Shown piece by piece: positions 26,294 to 35,472 of a stretch of 45,598 nt of DNA. The notes beneath the pieces are model-generated. The model worked only from the letters and a program-made list of their open reading frames with translations, was not told the origin of the DNA and searched no databases. The position numbers and the translations under genes are program-made. Source of the DNA: Myxococcota bacterium (GTDB taxonomy: Bacteria > Myxococcota_A > UBA796 > CAJQPC01); contig JAZAMN010000045.1 in the NCBI GenBank assembly GCA_036229005.1, positions 1 through 45,598 of the forward strand, read 5' to 3'. How positions within the stretch are numbered: position 1 is the stretch's first letter; each line of letters begins with the position of its first letter.

Positions 26294-26965
26294 ATGATCC
26301 TCCTCCTTCTGGCCTGCACCTCCTCCGACGACGACAGCTCTCTGGGCGATGACACCCAAGCGGAGGTCCAGCTCTGCTCCCCGCTGGCGGGCTTCGAGCC
26401 GGGGGCGACGGCGTCCTTTGACACGCCCCAGGCGGTGCAGGACGAGAAGGGCTACCGCTACTGGTACACGCAGACCGTGGAGTGGATGGAGGTCGGCTAC
26501 GACGAGACGCGGGTGGTCGTGACCCAGCAGGCCTGGCAGACCGGCGGGGGCTACGACAGCTACAGCGCGGAGCTGACGCTGGAGTACCTCTGCGACGCGG
26601 ATGGGGTCTGGTACACGTCCTCGCGGCGGGAGTGGACCGGGACGCTGACTGGCGGTGGGGAGGACTCGGGCTGGGTCGAGGGGAGCTTCACCGGCTACCT
26701 GATGCTGGCGGCGGACCCGAGCACCACGTGGACGGCGGACTGGACGGCCACCTTCGTGGACGACGGCGGGACCCAGGTGGACGACGCGCGCACCTACCTG
26801 TTCACGCCGACCGCGACGGAGACGGTGGAGACCCCCGCGGGCAGCTACACCGCCCTGCGGGTGGACGGGACGCAGGCCGGCGCGCCCATCGGGACCTGGT
26901 GGTACGCCGAGGGCCACGGGCTGGTCATGACCCCCGAGCGCGAGCGCGTCCCCGCCTTCGAGTGA
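26294..26965 (+). CDS. Beta-rich lipoprotein of unknown function
   Basis: MILLLLAC; ETVETPAGSY.ALRV..WWYAEGHGLV motif. Confidence 0.8.
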   Translation: MILLLLACTSSDDDSSLGDDTQAEVQLCSPLAGFEPGATASFDTPQAVQDEKGYRYWYTQTVEWMEVGYDETRVVVTQQAWQTGGGYDSYSAELTLEYLCDADGVWYTSSRREWTGTLTGGGEDSGWVEGSFTGYLMLAADPSTTWTADWTATFVDDGGTQVDDARTYLFTPTATETVETPAGSYTALRVDGTQAGAPIGTWWYAEGHGLVMTPERERVPAFE

Positions 26966-27997
26966 TCACCAGTTGGTGGGCTTGGGGTTGCGCTCGTCGA
27001 AGTCCATCTGGTGCCAGTAGGGGTAGATCGGGCGCTGGCGGCTGACGGCGTCCAGGCGGGCGATCTGGTCGGCGCTGAGGGTGATCTCGGTGGCCTGCAG
27101 GTTGGCGCGGAGCTGGGACTCGGTGCGGGCGCCCACGACCACGTTGGCGACGCTGGGGCGGGAGAGCACCCAGGCCAGGGCGATCTGGGGGATGGAGCGG
27201 TCGTGCTCCTCTGCGATCTCGTCCAGCACGTCGACGATGTTGTAGAGGTGCTCCTGGTCGACCTCGGGGCCGCCCACGTGGCCGCCCTTGGAGATGCGGC
27301 CCTCGGCGATGGGCTGGCCGCGGCGGATCTTGCCGGTCAGGCGGCCCCAGCCCAGGGGGCTCCAGACCATGGTGCCGACGCCCTGGTCCAGCGCCAGGGG
27401 CATAAGCTCCCACTCGTAGTCGCGGTTGGCCAGGCTGTAGTAGCCCTGGTAGGCGACGTAGCGGGCCAGCCCGCGGGCCTCGCTGGTGGCCAGGGCCTTC
27501 ATGAGGTGCCAGCCGGAGAAGTTGGACGCGCCGATGTAGCGGATCTTGCCCGCGGTGATCAGGTCGTCCAGGGCGCGCAGGACCTCGTCGGCGGGGGTCA
27601 GGGCGTCGTAGCCGTGCATGAAGTAGAGGTCGATGTGGTCGGTCTGCAGGCGGCGCAGGCTGTCCTCGCAGGCGCGGATCAGGTGCCAGCGGCTGGCGCC
27701 CTTGTCGTTGGCGCCCGGGCCGGTGGTGAAGGAGGCCTTGGTGGAGATCAGGGCCTGGTCCCGGCGGCCCTTGAGGGCCTCACCCAAGATCTCCTCGCTG
27801 GCGCCGTTGCTGTAGATGTTGGAGGTGTCGAAGAAGTTGGCCCCGGCCTCCAGGCAGATGTCGACCAGCGCGCTGGCCTGGGCCACGTCGGTGGTGCCCC
27901 AGCGGGCGAAGAACTCACTGCTGCCGCCGAAGGTGGCGGTGCCGAAGCTGAGGGCGGGGACCTTGAAGCCGGAGCGGCCGAGCTGACGATGTTCCAT
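26966..27997 (-). CDS. Aldo/keto reductase
   Basis: RQLGRSG, FDTSNIYS.G.SE, ISTK, SLRRLQTDHIDLY, GKIRYIGASN, WSPLGWG.L.GK. Confidence 0.96.
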   Translation of the reverse strand: MEHRQLGRSGFKVPALSFGTATFGGSSEFFARWGTTDVAQASALVDICLEAGANFFDTSNIYSNGASEEILGEALKGRRDQALISTKASFTTGPGANDKGASRWHLIRACEDSLRRLQTDHIDLYFMHGYDALTPADEVLRALDDLITAGKIRYIGASNFSGWHLMKALATSEARGLARYVAYQGYYSLANRDYEWELMPLALDQGVGTMVWSPLGWGRLTGKIRRGQPIAEGRISKGGHVGGPEVDQEHLYNIVDVLDEIAEEHDRSIPQIALAWVLSRPSVANVVVGARTESQLRANLQATEITLSADQIARLDAVSRQRPIYPYWHQMDFDERNPKPTNW

Positions 27998-28104
27998 GGA
28001 CTGGACTCCTGTGAGGGTACGCCCGGAGTGACCGGGTGGGGGGCCCTTCATTGCGCACCGGAGTGTGCGGTGTCATTGGATAGTGTTTCCACAGACGGCG
28101 GATA

Positions 28105-28995
28105 GTGATGAACCTGCAGGACCTGCGGCTGTTTCTGGCCATCTCCGAGGCCTCCAGCCTGAGCGCGGCCGGCCGCAGCGTGGGCTTGGGGGCGAGTGCG
28201 TCGAGCGCAGCGCTCAAGCGGCTGGAGGCGCACACCGACACCCGCCTGGTGGAGCGCAGCACCCGGAGCCTCCGCCTGACCCCAGAGGGGCTGGCCTTCC
28301 TGGAGACCTGCCGGCAGGTGCTGCAGACCTGGGATCGGGGGCAGCAGGACCTGCTCCGCTCCCGTCAAGCGCTGCAGGGCCGCCTGCGGGTGGCTGGCCC
28401 CATGGACCTGGGAGAGCGGCTGCTGGGGCCCTGGCTGGCGGAGTTCGGGGCCCTGCACCCGAGCGTGGAGCTGAGCTTGTCGCGCTCGGACGCCTTCCAC
28501 TCCGTGCGGGCGATGGGGGTGGACGTGGCGGTGCGCTACGGGCGCCAGGACGACTCGAGCCTGGTGGCCCGCCTGCTGCACACCGGCAGTCGGGTGCTGG
28601 TGGCCTCGCCTGCCTACTTGCAGCGGATGGGCGCGCCGGAGCAACCCCAGGCGCTGGCCGAGCACCGCTGCCTGGGCTGGCTGCGCAAGGGGCGCCCCCT
28701 GGACCGCTGGGCGCTGCAGCGGGGGACCGAGCGGGCGATTGTGGACGTGGCCCTGACCCTGCGGGGCGACGGCGCGCTGGTGCGGCACTGGGCGCTGGCG
28801 GGGCACGGCATCGCCTACAAGAGCGAGCTGGACGTGCGGGAAGACCTGCGCGCGGGCGCCCTGCGGCGTGTGCTGCCGAGCTGGTCGGGGCCAGAGCTGC
28901 CGCTGTATGCCCTCACCCCCAGCCGCGCCCACCGGACGGCGCGTGTGCAGGCCCTGCTGGACTGGCTGGCTCAACGCCTGGGGACCCCACCCTGA
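28105..28995 (+). CDS. LysR family regulator (divergent from the aldo/keto reductase)
   Basis: SLSAAGR..SAALKRLE..RLVERSTRSLRLTPEG; DVAVRYG; VASPAYL. Confidence 0.95.
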   Translation: MMNLQDLRLFLAISEASSLSAAGRSVGLGASASSAALKRLEAHTDTRLVERSTRSLRLTPEGLAFLETCRQVLQTWDRGQQDLLRSRQALQGRLRVAGPMDLGERLLGPWLAEFGALHPSVELSLSRSDAFHSVRAMGVDVAVRYGRQDDSSLVARLLHTGSRVLVASPAYLQRMGAPEQPQALAEHRCLGWLRKGRPLDRWALQRGTERAIVDVALTLRGDGALVRHWALAGHGIAYKSELDVREDLRAGALRRVLPSWSGPELPLYALTPSRAHRTARVQALLDWLAQRLGTPP

Positions 28996-29014
28996 GCGGG
29001 GCCCCCGGCGGAGC

Positions 29015-32000
29015 TCAGGGCTGGTACTGCCCGGTGACCAGGGCGAGCTGCAGGGCAGCCATGTCCCGGGCCATGCGCTGGTTGAGCAGGCCGATGCGGG
29101 CCTGATCCAGCATGAGCTGGGCGTCGCTGACCTCCAGCCAGGTGCCGGCGCCGGCCGCGAAGGCCTGCTCGCTCAGGCGCAGGTTCTCGGTGGCCAGGGA
29201 CAGCTCCATCTCGACCGCGGCGAACGCGGTGGCGGCCTGCTCCCAGTTCTGCCACGCCAGACGGATGTCCTCGCTGGCGTCCAGACGGGCCTTCTGTGCT
29301 TCGTAGTCGGCGACTCGGAGTTGGGACGCGTATTGGCGGTTGGTCTGGAGCCGGTACCCTCCATCCCACAAGGTCCAGTTGGCGGACACCTGGAACATCC
29401 AGAACTCGTTCTGCCCCTGGAAGCCGGTGTTCTCGGTCCAGGAGTAGGTGAAGCGGGAGTCCACGGTGGGCAGCCAGCCGAGCTGGTCGGCGCGCTTTCG
29501 GTAGGTGGCGACCTCCATGGCCTTGTCCGCAGCGAGCACGTCCGGGCGGGACTCCACGGCGGCCATGGCCTGGTCCAGGCTGTCCACGGGGGCGGCGATG
29601 GGGCCGGGCATCTCCACCAGGCTGTCGGCGGGCAGGCCGGTCAGCTTGGCGAAGGCCTGCTCGGCGCTCAGGATGCGGGCCTCGGTCTCCAGGAGCTGGC
29701 GCTCGGCGCGGGCCAGGGCGAGCTCGGCCTGCAGGCCCACGATGGGGGGCGCGGCGCCGGCGTCCACCTGGCGGCGGGCGATGCTCAGGTGGTCCCGGGC
29801 GTTGGCCACGGAGTCGGTCGCGATGGCGTAGGACTCCCGGGCCACGACCAGCCCGTAGTAGGCCTGGGTGACCCCCACGAGGAGCTGGCTACGGGCGTAG
29901 GAGATCTGCTGGTTCACCTGCTCCCGCTGGGCGTAGGCGCCGCGCAGGCCGGAGAAGGCCACCGGGTTGAACAGCGGCTGCACCACCGAGACGTTGTAGT
30001 CAAAGTAGGAGAGCTGCTGGATGACCAGGGGCTCGGCGTCGTCCAGGGCGGCCTGCTCTTCGGCCTCGACCTCATCGAACACGGCCTCGGTGATGGCCTG
30101 CTCGGTGGGGTCGGTGGTGGTGGCCAGGAAGATGGGCTCCAGGGTGCTGGGGCGGAAGATCATCTCGCTCATGTCGAGCTCGATCTCCTGCTGGTTGCGG
30201 GTCCAGTTGGCCCCACCCACGACCCGGGGGGTCAGGGTGCTCCAGGCCATGGGGACGGCGGTCTGGGCCTGGAAGGCCTGCTCCTCCATGATCTTGAGGT
30301 CCAGGTTGGAGCCCTCGGCGGCCGCGATGGCGTCATCGAGGGTGACCAGGCCCTGGGCCTCTGCGGGCACGGAGAGGGCGAGACCGGCAGGGACCAGCAG
30401 CCAGGGCAGGACCTTGGCGACGCTGGGGGTGACCGGGGTGGGGGACTCGCTGGACTCCGACTTGCGGCCCACCAGGCGCTTGAAGAAGTTGGTGAAGTCC
30501 TCGCTCAGGGCGACCATGGTGGGGACCATGACCAGGGTGAGCACGGTGGCCACGGCCAGGCCGAAGGACACGGAGACCGCCATGGGGCCCCAGAAGTCCG
30601 CGCTCTCGCCGCCGGTGATCAGCTTGAACTTGGTGAAGTCGAAGGAGATGCCGGTCGCCATGGGGAAGAGGCCCAGGATGGTGGTGATGGCGGTGAGGAT
30701 GACGGGTCGGAAGCGGACCAGGCCCGCCCGCACCACCGCGTCCTTGAGGGCCATCCCCTCCTTCTGGCACTGGTCGACATAGTCGAGGAGGACGATGGCG
30801 TTGTTGACCACGACGCCCGCCAGGGAGATGACGCCCACGCCGGTCATCATGATGCCGAAGGGAGTGCCGGTGAGCAGCAGGCCCCACAGCACGCCGATCA
30901 GGGAGAGCATCACGCTCATCATGATGATGAAGGGGCGGGTCAGGCTGTTGAACTGGGTCACCAGGACCAGGAAGATCAGCAGCACGGCGATGCCGAAGGC
31001 CTTCATGAGGAACTCGGCGGCCTCCTGCTGCTCCTCGTTGGAGCCGCCCATGCCGAGCTGCACCCCCTCGGGGGCGTCGTAGTCGGCGATGAACGCGGCC
31101 ACGGCGGCCTGCGCGAGGTCCTCACGGGCGCCCTGCACCTCGGCGCTGATGGTCACGACCTTCTCGCGCTCCAGGTGCTTGATGGCGCCGGAGCCGCCGC
31201 GGGTCTCGAAGCTGGCCAGGGTGGACAGCGGGACCATCATGTTGTCCTTGCCGGGCACGCGCAGGTCCAGGATCGAGGGGATGTCCTGCTTGTAGGCGTC
31301 GGCCATCTCCACGACGATGTCGTACTCCTCGTCGCCGTCGCGCAGGGTGCTGGCCTTGGTGCCGGCGACCGCGGTGCGCACGGTGTTGGCCACGGAGGCG
31401 GTGTTGGTCCCCACCTTCTTGGCGGCGGCGCGGTCGACCTCCAGGCGCAGCTCGGGGCGGCCCACCTTGTAGTCGTCCTGGATGTCCACGATCGACCAGC
31501 TACTGCGGGGGTCGGCGCCGGGCTCGGAGCTGAGCTTGGCCAGCTCGCGCTGGAGCTCCTCGCTCACCTGGCCCAGGACGTGGAAGTCCTCGCCGGTGAT
31601 CTGCACCTCGATGGGCTTGCCGGTGGGCGGGCCCATCTCCTCCTTGTCGACCACGATCTTGGCGCCGGTGGCCTGGGCGGACACGGAGCGGATGCGGGCG
31701 ATGGCCTCGCTGCTCAGGCCCGCGCGGACCTCCTCGCCCTCGCGGGCCTTGGACTCGCTGGGCTTGAAGTCGATGGTCAGGCGCGCCGCGTGGGGCACGG
31801 AGCTGCCCATGGACAGACCGCCGCCGCCGCCGCCGGCGACGCCGACCTCGGTGACGTAGGTGTCCACGTCCGGCTCCTGGGCCAGGATGGCCTCGATCTG
31901 CCGGGCGATCTGGTCGGTCTTCTCGATGCGCGTGCCGTCGGGCATGGTGATCTGCACGAAGGCGCGGGCGGGCTCGGTGCTGGGGAAGAACTCGGTGCCG

Positions 32001-33670
32001 TGGTTGAACATCCCGTAGATGACGAAGGTCGCCACGAAGGAGCTCATGCCCAGGCCGAAGAAGCTCAGGTAGCGGTGGTCGATGGACCACTCCAGCAGCC
32101 CCTTGTAGCGCTTCATCACCCAGCCGTAGAGGCCGGTCTCGGGGATGGCCTCCTCGGACGGGACCTGGCCCTCCTCCAGCTTGGTGGCCTTCATCAGGGC
32201 GGCGGTGGCCGCGGGGATGACGAACACGGCCACGATCAGGCTGCTGGTCAGCACGATGATCAGGGTCTTGGGCAGGTAGCCCATGAACTTGCCCATGATC
32301 CCGCTCCAGAAGATGAGCGGGGCGAAGGCGGCCACGGTGGTCAGGGTGGAGGTGGCCACGGGCAGGGCCACCTCGGACACGCCGATGATGGAGGCCTCGC
32401 GCAGGGACTTGCCCAGCTCCACGTGCCGGTAGATGTTCTCCACGATCACGATGGCGTTGTCGACCAGCATGCCGAGCGCCAGGATCAGGGAGAAGAGCAC
32501 GACCATGTTCAGGGTGATGCCCATGGCCGAGAGCACGATGAAGCTCAGGAGCATGGACAGGGGGATGGCCAGGCCCACAAAGAGGCTGTTGCGGAAGCCC
32601 ATGAAGAAGAGCAGCACGCCCACCACCAGCAGCAGGCCGGTGATGATGTTGTTCTCCAGCTCGGAGACCATGGCCTCGATCTCGCGGCTCTGGTCGGCGA
32701 TGAAGGCGTACTGCACGCCCTCGGGCCAGTTCGCGGACTCGGCCTCCACGGTCGCCATGGTGCCCTTGGCGATGTCGACGATGTTCTCGCCGGTGCGCTT
32801 CTGGACGGAGAGGGAGATGGAGGGGGTGCCGTTCATCCGGGAGAAGGTCGCCCGGTCGGCGTAGCCGTCCACCACGCGGCCCACGTCGCGCACAAAGACG
32901 GTCTCGCCGCCCTGGTTCTTGATGGGCACCGCCTCGATGTCCTCGGCGGTCTGGAACTCACCGGGCACGCGCAGCAGGTAGTCGGCCTCGCGGGCGTCCA
33001 CGTTGCCGCCGGGCACGTTGACGTTCTCGGCGCTCAGGGCCCCCATGACCTCGCCGAAGCTGAGGTTGTACATGCGCATGCGGTCGGGGTTGAGCTGGAC
33101 GGAGATCTCACGGGTCAGGCCACCGGAGAGCTTCACCTCGAGCACCCCGGGGACCTGCCCCTCGATCTCGTCCTTGAGGTCCTCGGCCAGATCCTTGAGG
33201 CGCTCCTCGTCCATGTTGGACCCGTCGGGGTTGGTGCCCGTCATGGTCACGATCAGGATGGGGATGTCCGAGAAGGAGACCTCCTGGACCACGGGGTCCT
33301 CGGTGTCCTCGGGGATGTCGGCCTTGGCCGCGTCCACCTTCTCGCGCACCTTGGGCAGGGCCTCGTCGATGTCGATGTCGGGGTCGAACTCCAGCACCAC
33401 GGAGCTGGCGCCCTCGTAGGAGGTGCTGGAGAGCTTGTCCACATCCTTGAGATCCTTGAGCTTTCTCTCCATGGGCACCGTGACCAGGGTCTCGATGTCC
33501 TCGGGGGAGACGCCCGGGTAGATCGTGCTGACGACCACCACGGGGATGGGGATGTCCGGCGCGGCTTCCCGCGGCAGGCTCATGTAGGAGACGATGCCGG
33601 CGATCAGCACACCCACCACGGCGACCGCCACGGTGGTGCTGTGATCGACCAGCCACTTGGCCCAATTCAT
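29015..33670 (-). CDS. RND (AcrB-type) efflux permease fused in frame to a TolC-like outer-membrane factor
   Basis: YPGVSPEDIETLVT, GMLVDNAIVIVEN, RFRPVILTAITT (aa ~1-1065). After aa 1105: TLDDAIAAA, VVQPLFN, VTQAYYGL, RPDV, NWTLWDGG. Confidence 0.9.
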   Translation of the reverse strand: MNWAKWLVDHSTTVAVAVVGVLIAGIVSYMSLPREAAPDIPIPVVVVSTIYPGVSPEDIETLVTVPMERKLKDLKDVDKLSSTSYEGASSVVLEFDPDIDIDEALPKVREKVDAAKADIPEDTEDPVVQEVSFSDIPILIVTMTGTNPDGSNMDEERLKDLAEDLKDEIEGQVPGVLEVKLSGGLTREISVQLNPDRMRMYNLSFGEVMGALSAENVNVPGGNVDAREADYLLRVPGEFQTAEDIEAVPIKNQGGETVFVRDVGRVVDGYADRATFSRMNGTPSISLSVQKRTGENIVDIAKGTMATVEAESANWPEGVQYAFIADQSREIEAMVSELENNIITGLLLVVGVLLFFMGFRNSLFVGLAIPLSMLLSFIVLSAMGITLNMVVLFSLILALGMLVDNAIVIVENIYRHVELGKSLREASIIGVSEVALPVATSTLTTVAAFAPLIFWSGIMGKFMGYLPKTLIIVLTSSLIVAVFVIPAATAALMKATKLEEGQVPSEEAIPETGLYGWVMKRYKGLLEWSIDHRYLSFFGLGMSSFVATFVIYGMFNHGTEFFPSTEPARAFVQITMPDGTRIEKTDQIARQIEAILAQEPDVDTYVTEVGVAGGGGGGLSMGSSVPHAARLTIDFKPSESKAREGEEVRAGLSSEAIARIRSVSAQATGAKIVVDKEEMGPPTGKPIEVQITGEDFHVLGQVSEELQRELAKLSSEPGADPRSSWSIVDIQDDYKVGRPELRLEVDRAAAKKVGTNTASVANTVRTAVAGTKASTLRDGDEEYDIVVEMADAYKQDIPSILDLRVPGKDNMMVPLSTLASFETRGGSGAIKHLEREKVVTISAEVQGAREDLAQAAVAAFIADYDAPEGVQLGMGGSNEEQQEAAEFLMKAFGIAVLLIFLVLVTQFNSLTRPFIIMMSVMLSLIGVLWGLLLTGTPFGIMMTGVGVISLAGVVVNNAIVLLDYVDQCQKEGMALKDAVVRAGLVRFRPVILTAITTILGLFPMATGISFDFTKFKLITGGESADFWGPMAVSVSFGLAVATVLTLVMVPTMVALSEDFTNFFKRLVGRKSESSESPTPVTPSVAKVLPWLLVPAGLALSVPAEAQGLVTLDDAIAAAEGSNLDLKIMEEQAFQAQTAVPMAWSTLTPRVVGGANWTRNQQEIELDMSEMIFRPSTLEPIFLATTTDPTEQAITEAVFDEVEAEEQAALDDAEPLVIQQLSYFDYNVSVVQPLFNPVAFSGLRGAYAQREQVNQQISYARSQLLVGVTQAYYGLVVARESYAIATDSVANARDHLSIARRQVDAGAAPPIVGLQAELALARAERQLLETEARILSAEQAFAKLTGLPADSLVEMPGPIAAPVDSLDQAMAAVESRPDVLAADKAMEVATYRKRADQLGWLPTVDSRFTYSWTENTGFQGQNEFWMFQVSANWTLWDGGYRLQTNRQYASQLRVADYEAQKARLDASEDIRLAWQNWEQAATAFAAVEMELSLATENLRLSEQAFAAGAGTWLEVSDAQLMLDQARIGLLNQRMARDMAALQLALVTGQYQP

Positions 33671-33679
33671 GTCGGACTC

Positions 33680-34762
33680 CTAGTACTGGACCCGGCCGGC
33701 CACGCAGCACTCGCCTGCGCGCACGACCATGAGGGCATCACCGGCCGCGAGCTCGCGACCGCCTTGGCTGACGACGCGGTCGCCGTCCTGCAGACCGCTG
33801 GCGATCACCGCCTGATCCCGGACGAAGCGCTCGACCTCGACGGGCTTCCAGACGGCCACCCCGTTGTCCTCGACGAACACACCGGTCTCATCCAGCTTGG
33901 TGATGAGCCAGTCCTGGGGGATGGTGAGGGCGGTTGTGGAGAGCTCCCGGTCCAGCTCGACCCGACCGATCATCCCGGGCATCAGGCTGCCCTCGGGGTT
34001 GGCCACGTCGACCTCGACCGCGAAGGCCTTGGTCATGGGGTCGGCGGCGGGGGAGATGGCGGAGATGGTGCCGGAGAAGGCCCCGGGCACGCTCTGGCAG
34101 CGGAAGCGCACGCTCTGGCCCATGGACACCTGGGAGATGTCCCGGTCGGAGACGGAGACCTCCAGGGTCACGCGGTCGGTGCGGACCAGGCGGACCACCG
34201 GGGCGGAGGGGTTGGCGATCTCGCCCTCCTCCACGTAGACGTCCACCACCTGACCGGCGAAGGGCGCGCTGACCACGGAGCGGTTGAGCTGCAGGCGGGC
34301 CATCTCGGCGTTGGCCCGGGCGACCTTGGCCTGGGTCTCCACCGACAGGGCCTGCTGCTTGGAGACGGCGTCCCCGAGCTTCTGGACCCGCTGCCACTCG
34401 GCCTCGGCCTGCTGGGCCTGGGCCTCGGCGATCTCGTGCTGGTAGCGCCGGGTCGCCACGTCGATGCGGGCGAGCACCTTGCCCTTGGAGACGCGGTCGC
34501 CGGTGCTGACGTTGACGGCCTCGACGAATCCGCCGGCCGGGACCGCCAGGTTGGCGTCGGCCTTGGCGGCGACGGTGGCCGGGAGGCTCAGGGACACGGA
34601 GGCCTCGCCGGACTTGACGGCGGCGACCTCCACGCGGGTGCCGCCGATGTCGGGGAGCTCGGTGGCGCCCACGGGCTCGGCGTTTGCGGGGGCGTCGCTC
34701 TCGGCACCACAGGCCACGAGCAGCAGCAGGGAGGCGGCGGAGATGAGGGGGGAGGCTCTCAC
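33680..34762 (-). CDS. RND periplasmic adaptor (membrane fusion protein), lipoprotein
   Basis: LVAC; GDRVSKGKVLARID; VSAPFAGQV; LMPGM; GLQDGDRVV. Confidence 0.93.
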   Translation of the reverse strand: MRASPLISAASLLLLVACGAESDAPANAEPVGATELPDIGGTRVEVAAVKSGEASVSLSLPATVAAKADANLAVPAGGFVEAVNVSTGDRVSKGKVLARIDVATRRYQHEIAEAQAQQAEAEWQRVQKLGDAVSKQQALSVETQAKVARANAEMARLQLNRSVVSAPFAGQVVDVYVEEGEIANPSAPVVRLVRTDRVTLEVSVSDRDISQVSMGQSVRFRCQSVPGAFSGTISAISPAADPMTKAFAVEVDVANPEGSLMPGMIGRVELDRELSTTALTIPQDWLITKLDETGVFVEDNGVAVWKPVEVERFVRDQAVIASGLQDGDRVVSQGGRELAAGDALMVVRAGECCVAGRVQY

Positions 34763-35343
34763 GGGGTCACTCCGTGGAAGAAGATGGAGATCAAGCGGTC
34801 AAGGGTCTGCTCATCCAGCGAGATCTCCTCGCAGGAGGACGCGGTCATGGACGAGAAGACGCGGAAGTGCCAGATGCCCTGGAAGGCCAGGGCCAGGTCG
34901 ATGGGGTTCAGGTCTGCGCGCAGCTCTCCGCTGGCGATGCCCTGAGCGAAGAGCTCGGAGAAGAAGTGGGCGTCCCGGCCGACGATCTGGGAGACGTCGA
35001 TCTGCGGGCCGCTGCTGCCGGGGCTGAGCACGAGCCGGGTCACGAAGCGGTTGAACTCCGGGGCGGCCTGGATCTGCGCCAGGTGCAGGCTGCACACGTT
35101 GTGCAGGCGCTCCCGTACCGTGCGGTCCGTCTGGGCCAGGGTGCCCTGCATGAGGGCGTCGGCCTGGCTCAGCCGCTCGCTCAGGAGGGTCTGGAAGAGC
35201 CCCTCCTTTGAGCCGAAGTGGTAGTACAAGGTCGGCTTGGTGACCCCGGCCGCCTCCACGATCTGTCGCACCGAGGTCTGGGCATAGCCCTTCTCGGAGA
35301 AGAGTCGGATGGCGTGGGTCGCGATGCGCTCTCGAACGTCCAT
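34759..35343 (-). CDS. TetR family regulator of the efflux operon
   Basis: LFSEKGY..TSVRQIVEAAGVTKPTLYYHFGSKEGLF; GTGA overlap with the adaptor start. Confidence 0.95.
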   Translation of the reverse strand: MDVRERIATHAIRLFSEKGYAQTSVRQIVEAAGVTKPTLYYHFGSKEGLFQTLLSERLSQADALMQGTLAQTDRTVRERLHNVCSLHLAQIQAAPEFNRFVTRLVLSPGSSGPQIDVSQIVGRDAHFFSELFAQGIASGELRADLNPIDLALAFQGIWHFRVFSSMTASSCEEISLDEQTLDRLISIFFHGVTP

Positions 35344-35381
35344 ACTGCCTTTCGCCTCCGGCCCGGGCCGAGGTGGTTACC

Positions 35382-35426
35382 TACCGGTCGGTAAGGTCCT
35401 ACCGTACGGTAGGCTACCGGTCGGTA
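35382..35426. promoter_or_regulatory. Triple palindromic operator TACCGNNCGGTA
   Basis: Copies at 35382-35393, 35400-35411 and 35415-35426, upstream of tetR. Confidence 0.75.
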
Positions 35427-35472
35427 ATCCCCCCATCGGCAGGCGACCAGCCCACGTGCAACAAAAGTCACG

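Noticed and set aside
28868..34945. 2025-aa plus-strand ORF
   Set aside because: Antisense shadow of the RND operon.
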